Below, piece by piece: positions 12,943 to 27,057 of a stretch of DNA of 64,000 bases. The DNA lies in the NCBI GenBank assembly GCA_012295275.1, contig CM022676.1, positions 558,001 to 622,000 of the forward strand. Reading direction: 5' to 3'. Origin of the DNA: Chrysomallon squamiferum. Lineage: Eukaryota > Animalia > Mollusca. A program made the position numbers and the translations under genes. The number at the start of each line of letters is the position of its first letter. Position 1 is the first letter of the stretch. The notes below the pieces were generated by a model that was not told the DNA's origin, did no database searches, and saw only the letters and a program-made list of their open reading frames with translations.

Positions 12943-13101
12943 AAGAAGAAAACTAAGATAAGAAGAGAAAACTGAGAGGTGAGTGGACATAAAAAGAATA
13001 AACCCAGGAATAAACATTAAGTTAATTGTAAAGGAATGAACACATTCTTGTATGAAATAAGCATTACCTTGTTTCATAGACAGGATCATCCTTTGTATTT
13101 C
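11873..13101 (-). CDS. Cytoplasmic micro-exons of gene B
   Basis: 13068-13101 [10 protein letters not shown]; 12668-12720 [18 protein letters not shown]; 12112-12136 NNSGNEQ; 11873-11924 [16 protein letters not shown]. Extra candidates 12560-12600 and 12463-12494 do not join in phase. Confidence 0.55.
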
Positions 13102-13311
13102 CTGGAAACAAGTATGTAATTTTAATGTATTTTCTACTAGTACATGGTACAGATTTGATGATTATGAAGTGGCCTGGTAAAAGATTATCAAAATATTTCT
13201 TACATTGGCAGAAAAATATATTTATTTTTTTTTTTTTTTTTTTATTATACATGACGATGAAGAAGAATATAATAATCATGATAATAGTAGAGCAGTAGTA
13301 ATATCATTAGA

Positions 13312-13347
<36 letters not shown>

Positions 13348-14268
13348 TAGTAGTAGTAATGAAAATGATAATGATGAAATTGCAAATATTATAATAAATT
13401 TAATTTTCTTATTTTTGAAAGTGTTGTTCTAATCAGCTCACATTATTAGTTTTTCTGACATATACATACTTGCCCCGATGGACAGACACACAAACACGCA
13501 GATGCACTCAAAAACATATACGTACATTACAAACAACAAGTAAATAAACATTACGAACCTTTCCTCAGTCTGCGACATATGAAAATAGTTGCGATAACAA
13601 GAAGAGTTAAAACGAGAATCCCTGATCCAGATCCAACAGCCGCTGCTATCAAATTTTCATTAGACTCGTCATCTGAAACAACACTTGTTAAACTGAAAAC
13701 CAATATATCACACATTGTATTTACATGCATATGTAAATATATTCAAACACAAATTACAAGATATCAAGGAACAAATGAAAGAAATGACATTATCAGACTT
13801 TTGTAAATGAATGAATAAACAAATACTATCAATGAAAACTTGAGTATAAGTGACACTAAAACTGACAAATATGAAATTAGTCCATCGAACAAACACAGAG
13901 AAGAAGAAGAAGACTAAGTTGTAAACGGAAACAAGTATAAACAATAAATATTAAATCTAATTTAAAATAATAAAAAGAAAATGAATAAAAAGATCATTGT
14001 TTATGTATAATGTCGCTTTTGTAAACGCTTCACGGTCTCATAAAATAAGTTAGTAAACTAAAATTATTTATATACAAAATTATTTTCAAAGGTTCGAGTT
14101 AAAACAAAAAACACATTCCTAAGATTAAAAAATAAATAAAATAAAAATGTTTTAAGTTAAATATACATACTACAAACAAATAAAAGTATATGATCTTAAC
14201 CTGCATTTGTAAAGCAATACAGATAAATACCAGAACATCACCATTATTATTATTCCTATTATTATTCC

Positions 14269-14320
<52 letters not shown>

Positions 14321-17300
14321 TTTAAAGTTATATCACTTGTACAATCTGTTTTAAACCCTGGCGTTTGCAGGAACCTCCCCATGGTGCAGGGGTGAACATG
14401 CTCATAAAAATGCCAGTAACTTCTCCAGTCTCCTTGTTCGCCATGAGATGCGACCCTGAAGTGGACGATTGAATCCTGGTGGTTGAATCATGGTTAATGT
14501 CTGTGGCCAAGACAGTTAATAATAACCCACTTTGCCCGGAGTTCCCGTATCTGTTGCTATAGGTGTAGTGGCTAGGGAGGGTTAAAAGGTGATGCAGTAT
14601 AATTAATCCAAGTATAGCAGCCACCTGTCCTTGGCATGACGAAATGCAGGTTACACGCAGTGGTCCCTTATTGGACTCTGTGAATGGTGGGGACATGTTT
14701 ATTGAATACACAAACCAAATAAATATCCTAAATAATAAGTAAAAAATAAAAACGCAGTAACATTTATTTTCTGTATCGGACACTTAATAGGTCGACATCG
14801 AAGTTTTGGATTCTTTGGCAGTTGATAGGAACAATCCTTGAATAAATTTAATGAAAAGGTAAAGTGGACTACAACCTTCTGAATTCTTGAACAAATTTAA
14901 TTCTACCAAGGTAGTGGCAAAATCTCGAGATTTGGCTGGAGCTGATGAATTTGATATCTTAAGATCAAACATCAGAGAACAAATTTAACATTCGATAAAA
15001 CAATGAAAGAATACATTGATATCAGGTCAGTTAAAGCCGTTTATCTCAGTGTCCTGTTGAATCCTGAATTCCAAATCCTTTTTGTTGATTCAGCAAGACG
15101 ACCTTTGTCCATTATCGCCAGTTAGACATGAAACCAAAATATGCACAAATGAAATGAAGTGTATCAGCTGTAAGGGTAATAATTTTACATGTGCAAGATG
15201 GAAAATTGAGAAACAGGTTCAATGGGTAAATACTAGAGGCACCAGAGCGAAGAAGCCAGGCAATTAAAGGAAACATCAACACCATCTGTAGTCTCATGCT
15301 GCCGCCGTCAACGTTTCTACAAAAGATTTTGCAGGTAATATTGTTATTACCCTACGATAAAATGAACCCAGCTACAGAAAATGAAAATGAAAATGCTGAG
15401 AAACAAACATAAAAGGAAAATTGGAAAGAGGAAGAAGCAGCCCAGACATTTTTTTTTTCTAAAATATCACAAACATCTCAGTCATTTAATTCTTGCTACC
15501 TCCAGCTAGAAACGAAAACTGTGGAAGAAGACATATATGCAGCGTCACTAAATCTTCTACAGATAACAAAAACATCAACAAACAAACAAAGAAAACAACA
15601 ATAACAATATCAAATTCAGAAGGAAAAATCGAAAATAACATTCGTAAAATCCCCAAATGAATAATTCGATTATTCAATGGAATTGTCAGGGGGAGGGGAG
15701 GTAAACCCAACTATGACGATTTGAATCTTACAGTTGTTACACACAATTTCTTTACACTTTGTCTTCATGTGACTTTTCTTAAAACACACAAACATTTTAT
15801 CACCATCAGTCGGTTAAGCCAGCCTTGGCAGATTGGCAGTCCTCTTAAAGGAGGAGAATTAAGGATGAAAATGTATCGTGACGTGCCCGCATCCCGTAAT
15901 GCACATTTGATTCACTCGTATGTCTTAAAAATGTTCAGTCTCAGGGTAAACATTGTCAGTGCATTGAAACAAAGCTTTTTGCTGAGGCCAGGAACGACAT
16001 ATTTGATAGACATGATGTGGTCGGAATTGTTAGACTATTTTACTAACTTTTTGAAAGAAAACTTCCTTCTATAACAAATTTTAAGTTTAAATTGTATTGT
16101 GCACAGCTGGTTACGCTCTTTACTTTAGAACTTTTAAAATTGTTTTACTATTTAATTTTCAATATGAATAATATTTATACCTGTGTCTGACAGGTGTTTT
16201 TTCTTAAACATTAACGCATTCATGAATTCATCCAGCCATTCGCATGTACAATATATATATATATATAAGTGTGTGTGCGTTTGTGTGTGAATACAGAAAA
16301 CCGTCTGCTAAGATAAAATAAAAGGTATTTTCAGTTAAATAAAAATAGAAACTGTATAACGTTTTATAACAAAACAACAAAAAGATTACAATATGAATAT
16401 TACAACATCTGCATTATTATTACTATTGAACATTATTAACTCGCAATTTCTTAAATCTTGCTGATAAAATACACCACATAACAAGAACGGAAACAAATAA
16501 AATGATATGATACATAACTGTACTGAAGTGCTTGTTCCTCATTATTAGTATACGTACCTGCTGTCAAAATATCCCTCTCATCTGTAAAACCTTTATCTCC
16601 GTATTTGTTATAAGCCAAAATCCTCACAAGATACTTCGCGTCTGATTTCAGAGATGCTATCACTGTTGTATGCGTTGTATATAGACCACGTTCTAGAAAT
16701 TTCTCTGTGACGTTGTTCCACTGTGTTGACGTGCTTTCTCTGTACTGTACTATGAATGTTTGCACGAAGCCACCGTTAAATTCCTCTGTCCAAGACACTG
16801 AGATGGCAGAAGAGCTGATTCTCTTTATGATCACATTGGAAGGAATCCTCGGTGGACCTGGTAAAACAAACAAACAAACAAATAAACAAATAAATATATA
16901 AAACTTGAAGGTTTGCGAGATAGACTATACTTTGTTATCAGTATAGCTGATTTTAAAAATAAAGACACGCAATACTGACTTGAAATGTAGTTAATGTAGG
17001 CATGTCTCTATTTTCTTTTCATAGAAGAGTTTCAATTTCGAATGAAGTTAGGAAGTCCAACACGGGTAAGGACTAAATAACAAAACTAAATGGTGTGTTA
17101 ACTTATTTATGGCGTTACATAAGGAAGGTCTACAGTCTACAGCGTAAATCAGCGGCGGGTAGAGAATTTTGGAGAAAATGATTATAGGGCGTTGAACAGC
17201 CGTCAAAAACTGAACATTTCGTGCCGTTTTGTTTTTTAAATTTTGATTTTGGCGTTTATCACGTTTTGCAATTAAACTGTTCATATATGTATATATATAT

Positions 17301-20300
17301 CAATAAATAAATAAACAGGATAAAGAACATATAAATGCTTGAAGATCCTCCATATTATTATTAAGATATTTATATCCAATATCACTTCTACAATTTGTTT
17401 TTAAATATAGAAGTTAAAACAAAAATAAGATGGCTAAGAAAAAAAGAAAAACGCGTTTTCATTTAAACACATACAACAAATAAAACTTTATGATATCTAC
17501 CTGTATAGGAAAAACAAGAACATCATCATAATTGTTGTTAACACTATACATCATGACTTGGACAATTTGTTTTCACATGTACAAGTTAAAACAGGTGTTA
17601 ATAACATATAACATGTAAGTGTTTGCAGGCTAGTCAAGACTGTAAACAAATAAAATGATATGATACATAACTGTACTGAAGTGTATAATATCTCATTATT
17701 AGTTTACGCACCTGCTGTCACAATGTCCCTCTCCTCTGTAAAACTTTTATCTCCGTATTTGTTATAAGCCAAAATCCTCACAAGATACTTCGTGTGTGAT
17801 TTCAGAGATGCTATTATTATTCTGTGGGTTGTGTGTAGACCATGTTCTAATACTTTCCCGCTGACGTTGTTCCACTGTGTTGACGTGCTTTCTCTGTACT
17901 GTACAATGAATGTTTGCACGGACCCGCCGTTATATTCCTCTGTCCAAGACACTGAGATGGAGGAAGAACTGATTCTCTGTACGTTCACATTGGAAGGAAT
18001 GCTCGGTGGAGCTGGTATAATAAATAAATAAATAAATAAATGAATAAATAAACCAAGACTTGAAGATTAGACTATACTTTGTCATCAGCATAGCACATTT
18101 TAAAATTCAAAAGACATAATACTGACTTGAAATCTAGTTAATAATATAGGCATGTCTCTATTTTCTTTACATAGAAGAGTTTCAGGTTTTGAATGCATCA
18201 GAACTAAAGTAAATTCCTCGACAAAAATTGAAAACGGATAAGAATGAAACGTCGAAAGTAAAAGGTGTCTGAACTTATTTATTATTTATTTATCTTAGTT
18301 AGTTAATTAGTTATTGAAGAAATTCTTACCTGCAGTGAAAACGTCTTCTTCATCTGTAAAACCTTTTACTCCATATTTGTTATAAGCTAAAATCCTCACA
18401 AGATATGTCGTGTGTGATTTCAGTGAAACTATCGCTGTTGTATGTGTTGTATGTAGACCACGTTCCAGAAATTTCTCTGTGACGTTGTTCCACTGTGTTG
18501 ACGTGTTTTCTCTGTACTGTACAATGAATGTTTGCACGGATCCGCCGTTAAATTCCTCTGTCCAAGACACTGAGATGGCAGAAGAGCTGATTCTCTGTAC
18601 GTTCACATTGGAAGGAATACTCGGTGGACCTGGTACAATAAATAAATAAAGAAGCAAAGAAAGAAACAAACAAATACACAGATAAACAAATAAATAAATA
18701 TATAAAAAGTTTAAAGGTTTAGGGCATATAGTTAGTCTGTAGTTTGTTATCTGCATAGTATACATTACAAACCAAAACACATAATACTGATTTAAATCTA
18801 GTTAATGGAGAAATATCTTTATTTTCTTAAATAGAATAGTTTGAAGTTTCGAATGCATCAGAATTACACTAAATTCCTAAAACTAAATTCATTTTATTTT
18901 TTTATTTAGATTAATTAGTTACTTAGTTAGTTACTGAAGAAATTCTTACCTGCAGAAAAAACCTCTTCTTCATCTGTAAAACCTTTATCTCCAAAATTAT
19001 TATAAGCGCAAATCCTCACAAGATACTTCGTGTATGTCTTCAAAAACTCTATCACTGCTCTATGGGTTGTATGTAGACCATGTTCTCGAAATTTTACTGT
19101 GACGTTGTTCCAGTGTGTTGACGTGTTTTCTCTGTACTGTAAAATGAATGTTTGTACGGAGCCGCCGTTAAATTCCTCTGTCCAAGTCACTAAGATGGAG
19201 GAAGAACTGACTCTCTTTACGTTCACTTTGGAAGGAATGCTCGGTGGACCTTGCAGTGAAAAAAGACAGTCAGGCTAATTAACTTTAAAATATGCTTTTA
19301 AAAAGAGAGCACTTACAGATCATCTAAAATACGATTTTGTACGAAATAAATAACACAAGAAAGGAGAAAGACAAAACGATTGGAACTTTCCGGAACAGGC
19401 CAGATATGAGATATACCTGCAGCAATAATTGTTTAATTTCTCACAAGTTCTTCACGAAAACATCCATTTAAAACAATAATTTGATACATAAATTCGAAGA
19501 ACTAGAGGTAGAAATACAAAAATATTTTTTTTCTGAAATGGGCTAATAATATAAAAATGTAAAATAATACCTTCAGCAATAACTGTGTAATTTCTCACAA
19601 GTTCTTCTCTCGGAAATCCATTTGCAACTACAACTTGATAGATTCCGAAGTCAGCAATTTGAATGTTAGTTAAACTGTAAAACCCTAGAGCAGATGTTTC
19701 ATTTGTAATCGACGTACCGTGTCCAAATCTGTAGCCGATGCCACCTGTTAATTTATACCACGTAAATGTGGGTGCTGGATTCGCAATTACGTAAATTTTC
19801 AGAGTTACGTCGGCACCGATTGATGTTCCGAATCTATGTGGAAATATAAATCTGTGATCCAGTCTTGGTGAACCTGAAAAGACAATCAGTACTTCTATAT
19901 ATGTACATATGTCCTTGTCTCTCCGTTCCTCTGTCTGTTTGTACGTGTTTCTGTGTTCAGTATTTATTTAAGAATGAATATTCTGATTACACTTTCGAGT
20001 GGACAAACTATGGGAATGCACTGACAGAGGAGGACAAAGTGCAAAGATGACATCACGAACATTAGACGCATGCATTTTTTTATATGTCTCTGTCCTTAGA
20101 TCCAATCTCGACCTCACAAACGTCAGATGTCGCTGACAGGAATCAAACGTTTAACACCCCGTTCACCCGCAATGCTTATATATATATATATTTGTATATG
20201 TCTCTGTGTGTCTGTGTGTGCACGTATGTTTCATCGTGGTTATTTTCTTCATTTAAGACATCATAGTTACATTTAACAATAAGCTGCACGCTTTGACTGA

Positions 20301-23300
20301 TATCAGACTTGATGTTGTTTCCTGCTTTACAAGTGTAAAATCCTGTATCCAGACATCCAGCTTCATTCCAGCTGTACTCCACTGACTTGGAGTTGTTCAC
20401 TTCACGTAGAATGTGTGAGTTGTTTAACAGTTTGATTTTAAATATATTTTTTCTTTATTCTTCACGCAGAAATTTGTAATTATTTTGTTTTGGGTATTCG
20501 AATTCGTTTTAAGATATTTGTGGACTGGATAAGGAGTTAATTTAATATCGGTTAACAACGGCTACAAATCCGAATTGTTTGTCACTTTGTGATAGAGTAA
20601 TGTTATACAGAAAGTCTCATAGTTTGGAAAAACAACGGTGTTACTGCGTAGACCATTAAAAACAAATTAAAGATTAAACTAGGAGACAGTCTGTTAAATA
20701 AAAGCGATTTATACGAACACTGTCATAAAGCCGAAGTTTAGACATGTTTCAATTGATATACGCAACAATAAATTGCCCAGACGATAATGTTTATACAACT
20801 ACCTTCACATATTGTTACTGATGAACAAGTAAATAAAATAAAATAAAATATAATTAAATTAAAAGTCACGTGTAAACTGACATTGACAGCTGATTCCAGC
20901 ATCCTCTGAGTGACTACAGTCGTGATTTCCCCAGCCAGGAAATGAACACTTTTCAACACTGACTTCATCTCCATCACATCTCAGCTCATCAACCCATATT
21001 CGTCCAATTCCTTGTCCAAAGTAAGCATATTGATATGACTTGGCATTAAAACTGTCAAATGAAATAATTATTACAATGTGTCATATTGTAAACCAACAGA
21101 CATTATTTAGTTAACGTTTTCAGAAGAAAGTCTTTACTTTTTGAGTAAGTTTGTTTTTAATAAAATAATTCTTAGACCATAAAAGTGTAATGTCAAGAAA
21201 ATATTCTCAGGAGCTGGTTTAGTTACTGTTATAGTCGTCATCATCATCACCATCATTATCACCATCATCATCATCTTATAATTATTATTATTATTATTAT
21301 TACTGTTGTTGTTGTTGTTCTTGTTTATTTTCACACACTGATAGATAAACACAGATATAAAGTAAATGAATAAATAAAACAAGTACCGGCTAAATCCTAA
21401 CATGTAACATAAAACAGAAGCATCTTTGTCATCAAAATTATCATCACAGATTGTTCCCCACGTCCCGTTCACTTGAATCTCAACTCGACCTTGTGTTGGT
21501 TTTCCTCTTCCATTCACTAACCGTACTCGTGCTGAAATAAAATGTATATAAAAATCTACAATTGTTTCACAAAAATTCAAATAATATCTATGAGAAATAT
21601 AAAGTGAGTAATTTGGGAGATACCTTTTCGTTTTCTTAATTATTAAATTGCTTATACCTTTTGATAAAAGAAAATACACACAGACACACACACACAACAG
21701 ACACAAAATGAAACAAAATACTGGTCAGCATTATTGATAATAAGTTACGAAATGACTTGAGAAAAAAGAGAAAACAAAATATTTATATTATTTCTTTTAG
21801 GTTAATTTCCTACACTAATTTTTGTTATTTTATTATTAATATTTAATACTTTCGTGCAAACATGTGCTCCATAACGTTTTGTTAAAACATTTTTCTTTGT
21901 GATTTAGGTCTGGATATATGAAAATCCTAATTCTTTATTAGTTTCTCATAGAGGTAATTCTGATTTGTCGAACAAGCACTGTTAACGTTATGCAGCCGTA
22001 CTGATAAACGAGAGAAAACATATTGTTACAGCTGTGGACTTCAAAAACAACCAACAGTAAAATTAGGAGACAGCCTGTTAAATAACGTGTATTAATTGAT
22101 TTATACATATTGTAAACCTGAAGTTAGGTTTTGTTTCAGTTTATATACACGACAGTCTATCACCTGCACTAGCGATAACTTTGATGACAACAAGCTACAC
22201 GTTGTTTTACTGATGAACAATAAAATAAAACAAAATACAACGTTACATATAAACTGACATTGACAGCTGATACCGGCATCCTCCCAGTGACCACAGTTGT
22301 GATTACGCCAGCCAGGAAATGAACACTTTTCAACACTGTCTTCATCTCCATCACATCTCAGATCATCAAGCCATATTTGTCCAGTTCCTTGTCCAAAGTG
22401 AGCACTTTGATATGGTGTTGCATTAAAACTGTCAAATGTAAAGAATATTATGATTTGTAAAATTGCAATCCCAAAGACATTTCGATTTCTGTTAGTGTTT
22501 TCAGAAGAAAGTTCTAACTTTCTGAGTAAATTTATTTTTGATAAAGTAATGCTTAGACCCTAAAAGGAATATTATTCCTAATGACTAGTTTAATTACTAC
22601 TATCATCTTATTGTTATTATTTCTTTTTAAATACTAAACGACACACACACTCATTCGCACATATAGAAACACATATATAAAGTGAATAGATAAATTAGAT
22701 AAATAAAATAATTACCGGCTAAATCCTAACATGTGACATAAAACAGAAGCATCTTGCTCATCAAAATCATCATCACAGATTGTTCCCCACGTCCCGTTTA
22801 CTTGAATCTCAACTCGACCTTGTGTTGGTTTTCCTCTTCCATTTACTAACCGTACATACACTGATATAAAAATTCGAATACATATAAGAATACTGAATCA
22901 TCATTTATAATTTCATCACAAAATAAAAATTATGACCATATAAAATAAAATGTAAATAACTTGGGAAAGGTCTGTATGTAGTTTCAGTTATTAATTTAAT
23001 TATAGTTTTTGAGTAAAGAGAATACCACACTGACAAAGAAAAAAAATAAAATAAAATAAAATTTTAATCATAATAATAATAATAATAATAAAAAAATAAT
23101 AATGAATAAAATAAAATAAAATATCATCAATCTATAATTAAAAAGAAATAATTCCTGATAACAAACAACGTGAGAAATAGAAAACAAAAAGCAATTAAAA
23201 AATAATTTAATGTTGTTGTTGTTGTTTTCTGTTTTGGCTTTGCAAGCTGAACTGTGATTTCTGCTGTAAATTTAATAAAACAAAGATACATGAGTAACTA

Positions 23301-26300
23301 TTTTGTTTTGGACATTCGAATTCGTTTTAATAGATTTATGGATTCGACAAGGTTTGTGGATTTTACTGTCGGTTAACAGCGGCTGAAAATTGAATTGTTT
23401 GTTATTATGTGATATAATAATGTTTGTTTGGAAAAACAATCTTGTTACAACGTGAGGCGTCAGAAACAATTTACAGATAGAATTGGGAGATAGCCTAGTA
23501 AATAACATGTACTAATTGATTTATATCATCACTGTCCCAAAGCTGAAGTTTTATTCAATTTATATACACAATAATGTATTATATACACAAATGATAATTT
23601 TGATTGAACCCGGTACAGTTATTGATTAACAAGTAAATAAAATAAAATAAAATAAAAAGTCAAATGTAAACTGACATTGACAGCTGATACCAGCATCCTC
23701 TGAGTGACCACAGTTGTGTTTTCCCCAGCCAGGAAATGAACACTTTTCAACACTTTCTTCATTTCCATCACATCTCAGATCATCAACCCATATTTGTCCA
23801 ATTCCTTCCCCAAAGTGAGCTCTTTCATATGGTGTTGCATTAAAACTGTCAAATGATATAAATATCATGATCTGTCAAATTGGAAAACAACAAGCGTTTT
23901 TATTTCGATATTTCAGAAAAAAGTCTTTACTTTCTGAGCAAGTTTATTTTTAATACCATACTGCTTAGGTGCAAGAAATGTACTGGCAAGAAAATATCCT
24001 TCCCCGAAGTGAGCATTTCGATAAAACTTCAGTGAAAATAATAATATGAATATTGTATAAGATACGCTGTACAAATTTGTAATAAATCTACTATTTTTCT
24101 AAATGTTTTCAGAAGAACGTCCTTACTTTTTAACATAATTTTGGTAAACAAGGTTTACAAGCAAATGTTATTCTTATAAAATTACTGTCATCATCAACAT
24201 CATTAGTATCAGTATAGCTATTATCAACATCATCATCACTAATATCGCTGCATTTATTATCATTATTTCATTTATTATTAGTAAACGTAGTAGTATTTTA
24301 TCATCACGATTTCTATTCAAATTCTTATTTAATTTAAATATTAAGAAAACGGTCGAGGAAAATCTTATGTATTATGTATTTTAAAAACAGTTTTAAATGT
24401 ATGATGCTCAATAAAATAAAATCAATTGCATTTGTATGAAATAGTTTCATTCAAATAAATAAATACACAAATAAATAACCAAACAAACAAACAAACAAAT
24501 AAATAAATAAATTACCGACTAAATCCTAACATGTGACATAAAACAGAAGCATCTTTCTCATCAAAATAATCATCACAAATTGTTCCCCACGTCCCGTTTA
24601 CTTGAATCTCAACTCGACCTTCTGTTGGTATTCCTCTTCCATTCACTAAACGTACTGGTACTGAAACAAAAATTCAGATTTACATATTTATTCCTTTTTA
24701 ATATGTTACGTTTATCTTTTTCTGCAACTACTAAACTTATTACATGTGTGTATTTGAATGTTAATAAATAAACAAATAAATACATGCCTATAGATAGATA
24801 AATATACATAGACAGACAGACAGAGTGAGAGAGTTGATTTATTGATTATTAGTTCTCTTCTCTACATACATTGTTTCTCACTACTTCCTGCTGGATCATG
24901 ATTCATGGCGAATCACAATAGAAAATAAAGTTGTGATGTCTGTTTACTTTTAGAAATACATATTGTACTTAATTCACAATTATTATGATAAATAGATGAT
25001 ATAATTAACTTTGTGTTAATCAACAATTATTTTTCAGTTGTTAAGAATTGATTCAGTAATATAACGTATACTTTCTAGTCTGTAGATATAAAATCCAAGT
25101 ACACTAGACTAATTATCTGGAAATATCTGTGAAGAATGGATGTAATCACTCCCTGAACGATTATCAACAGGGACCGTCTCAGAAGTAAGAAAACAAACTA
25201 GTTATACTACTGTCAGAATAGACTGAGCACTGAACAACTTAACATAACATTAAAACGTGAATATGTGCAAAGCATGAACAACATCTATCTATATCAATAC
25301 GTAAACATGAAAGACCAAGACATTATAAATGCATGCCCCTATATTTTTAGATAGTTATTTTGTTTCAAACAGCTTATAGTGATATATCATTTAACGGTTT
25401 TCCGTGATTGCTTATCAGTTTTACACAGTAACAACTCTACAGAAAAATCCAAACTGGACGAAATTCAAAGTTTTGGCAGTATATTAACCATTTTGGCCAT
25501 AAATAAGGACATTTCAAATACATTTATTGTCTTTCGGGAGTGAAGGAGTACTTTTCTTGGGTCAAATATAGTTTTAAAATTATAATTTTTTTTTTTACTT
25601 TTTATTTTTTTAAATTTTTGTTCTTACCGCTGGTGTTTATCCAACATGAATACGTTTATTAACTGAAGGGATGAATCTTCTACAAGTTGGTGCATTATTT
25701 CTACAAAAAGTTTAACACGTCATAAACATTTACTACTGAATCTCATCTTGATTTTGATTTCCTGAGAGTTCTTAGGAATTTTCACTGGTTTTCATCTAGT
25801 TATTAAAGTTAGCCATTTTAACTTCACCAGCCACACAGTCAAATAAGAAGATTTTGACACTACAGAATAATATGCAAATTGACCGCAGTAGCTAACGAAT
25901 GTGTGAACATGCCATCCTTTGCATCATTAGAAAGCGTCCAATACATTAGTTATGATAATGGTATCTGTGAGGTTATGAACTACACGGTTGGAGAAATACG
26001 TTCAGAATAGTTCAGAGATCTCCAGTGAGCAGTAGACAAATGTGTAGCTGATTCTAATACAGACCAGTTTACATTGAAGTATGTTACGCGAGGGACACTT
26101 CACTTTCAGTCTCTAAATCCAATGACATTCTCTGACTCAAGAGAGGCTGTAGAAAACTTCCAGTTAACATTTATTCCGCCTGCTGTTGAGTGAGGCACTC
26201 AACACATTACTGGTTAAGTAGTTAACAACTGGCCTGCCATTTTCGATACTGGATTAAAAAGTATCAAGATCATAAAACAAACTGTCGACATCCTAAAACA

Positions 26301-27023
26301 AGCTGTAGAAATCCTAAAACAAGCTGTAGAAATCATAAAACAAGCTGTAGAAATCATAAAACAAACTGTAGTTATCCTAAAACAAACTGTAGAAATCTTA
26401 AAACAAACTGTAGAAATCCTAAAACAAACTGTAGAAATCTTAAAACAAACTGTATTAATAATTATAATAAATAAATAAACTTCCTTTAAATACCTACATA
26501 AGTAAATAATTTAATTTGGGTAAAACCTTTTTTCAAAACAATAGCTGGATTTTAGGGGGGTTTGTTTTAAATTAAGTTAATTAGCGGCCAAATTATTTTG
26601 AATTTTATGAGAACACACAGTTATAGTATTTGTTAACCTTATATCTTAAAATAATTATATGGATCTTTAAATAGGTTTCTGTATTTTAAATGAGGTTTCT
26701 CAAAAACCATAGATAATTTATTTAGGCTTACTTTCCTTTGTTTTATTTCAAGCGACGTTTGTGAATTAATAAATAGTGTTTGTTGATGGTTTGTGTATCT
26801 AGTGGATGAGTTTGGTATTTTACCATCACACAATACATTACCGTCTCAATTTACTAATCCCAATCACAGTGCATCGAAACGCCTACATTCCCTAGAGGCG
26901 ACAAACAATAACAACTTCATACACCTACTCTGTTCACAATATACACTGAGACCTCGTGAATGATTAAAAGAAAGTTCTCAGTGATTTTTAAACATTTTTG
27001 TGTTGTTATTATATAACAATTTG

Positions 27024-27057
<34 letters not shown>

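Noticed and set aside
17040-17290. GC-richer insertion in the FN3-3/FN3-4 intron
   Set aside because: Probably a transposon fragment, but no terminal repeats, target-site duplication or coding motif could be identified.
16707-19278. Recurrent antisense ORFs over FN3 exons (also 4266, 5696)
   Set aside because: Shadow frames, conserved only because the FN3 exons are recent duplicates.
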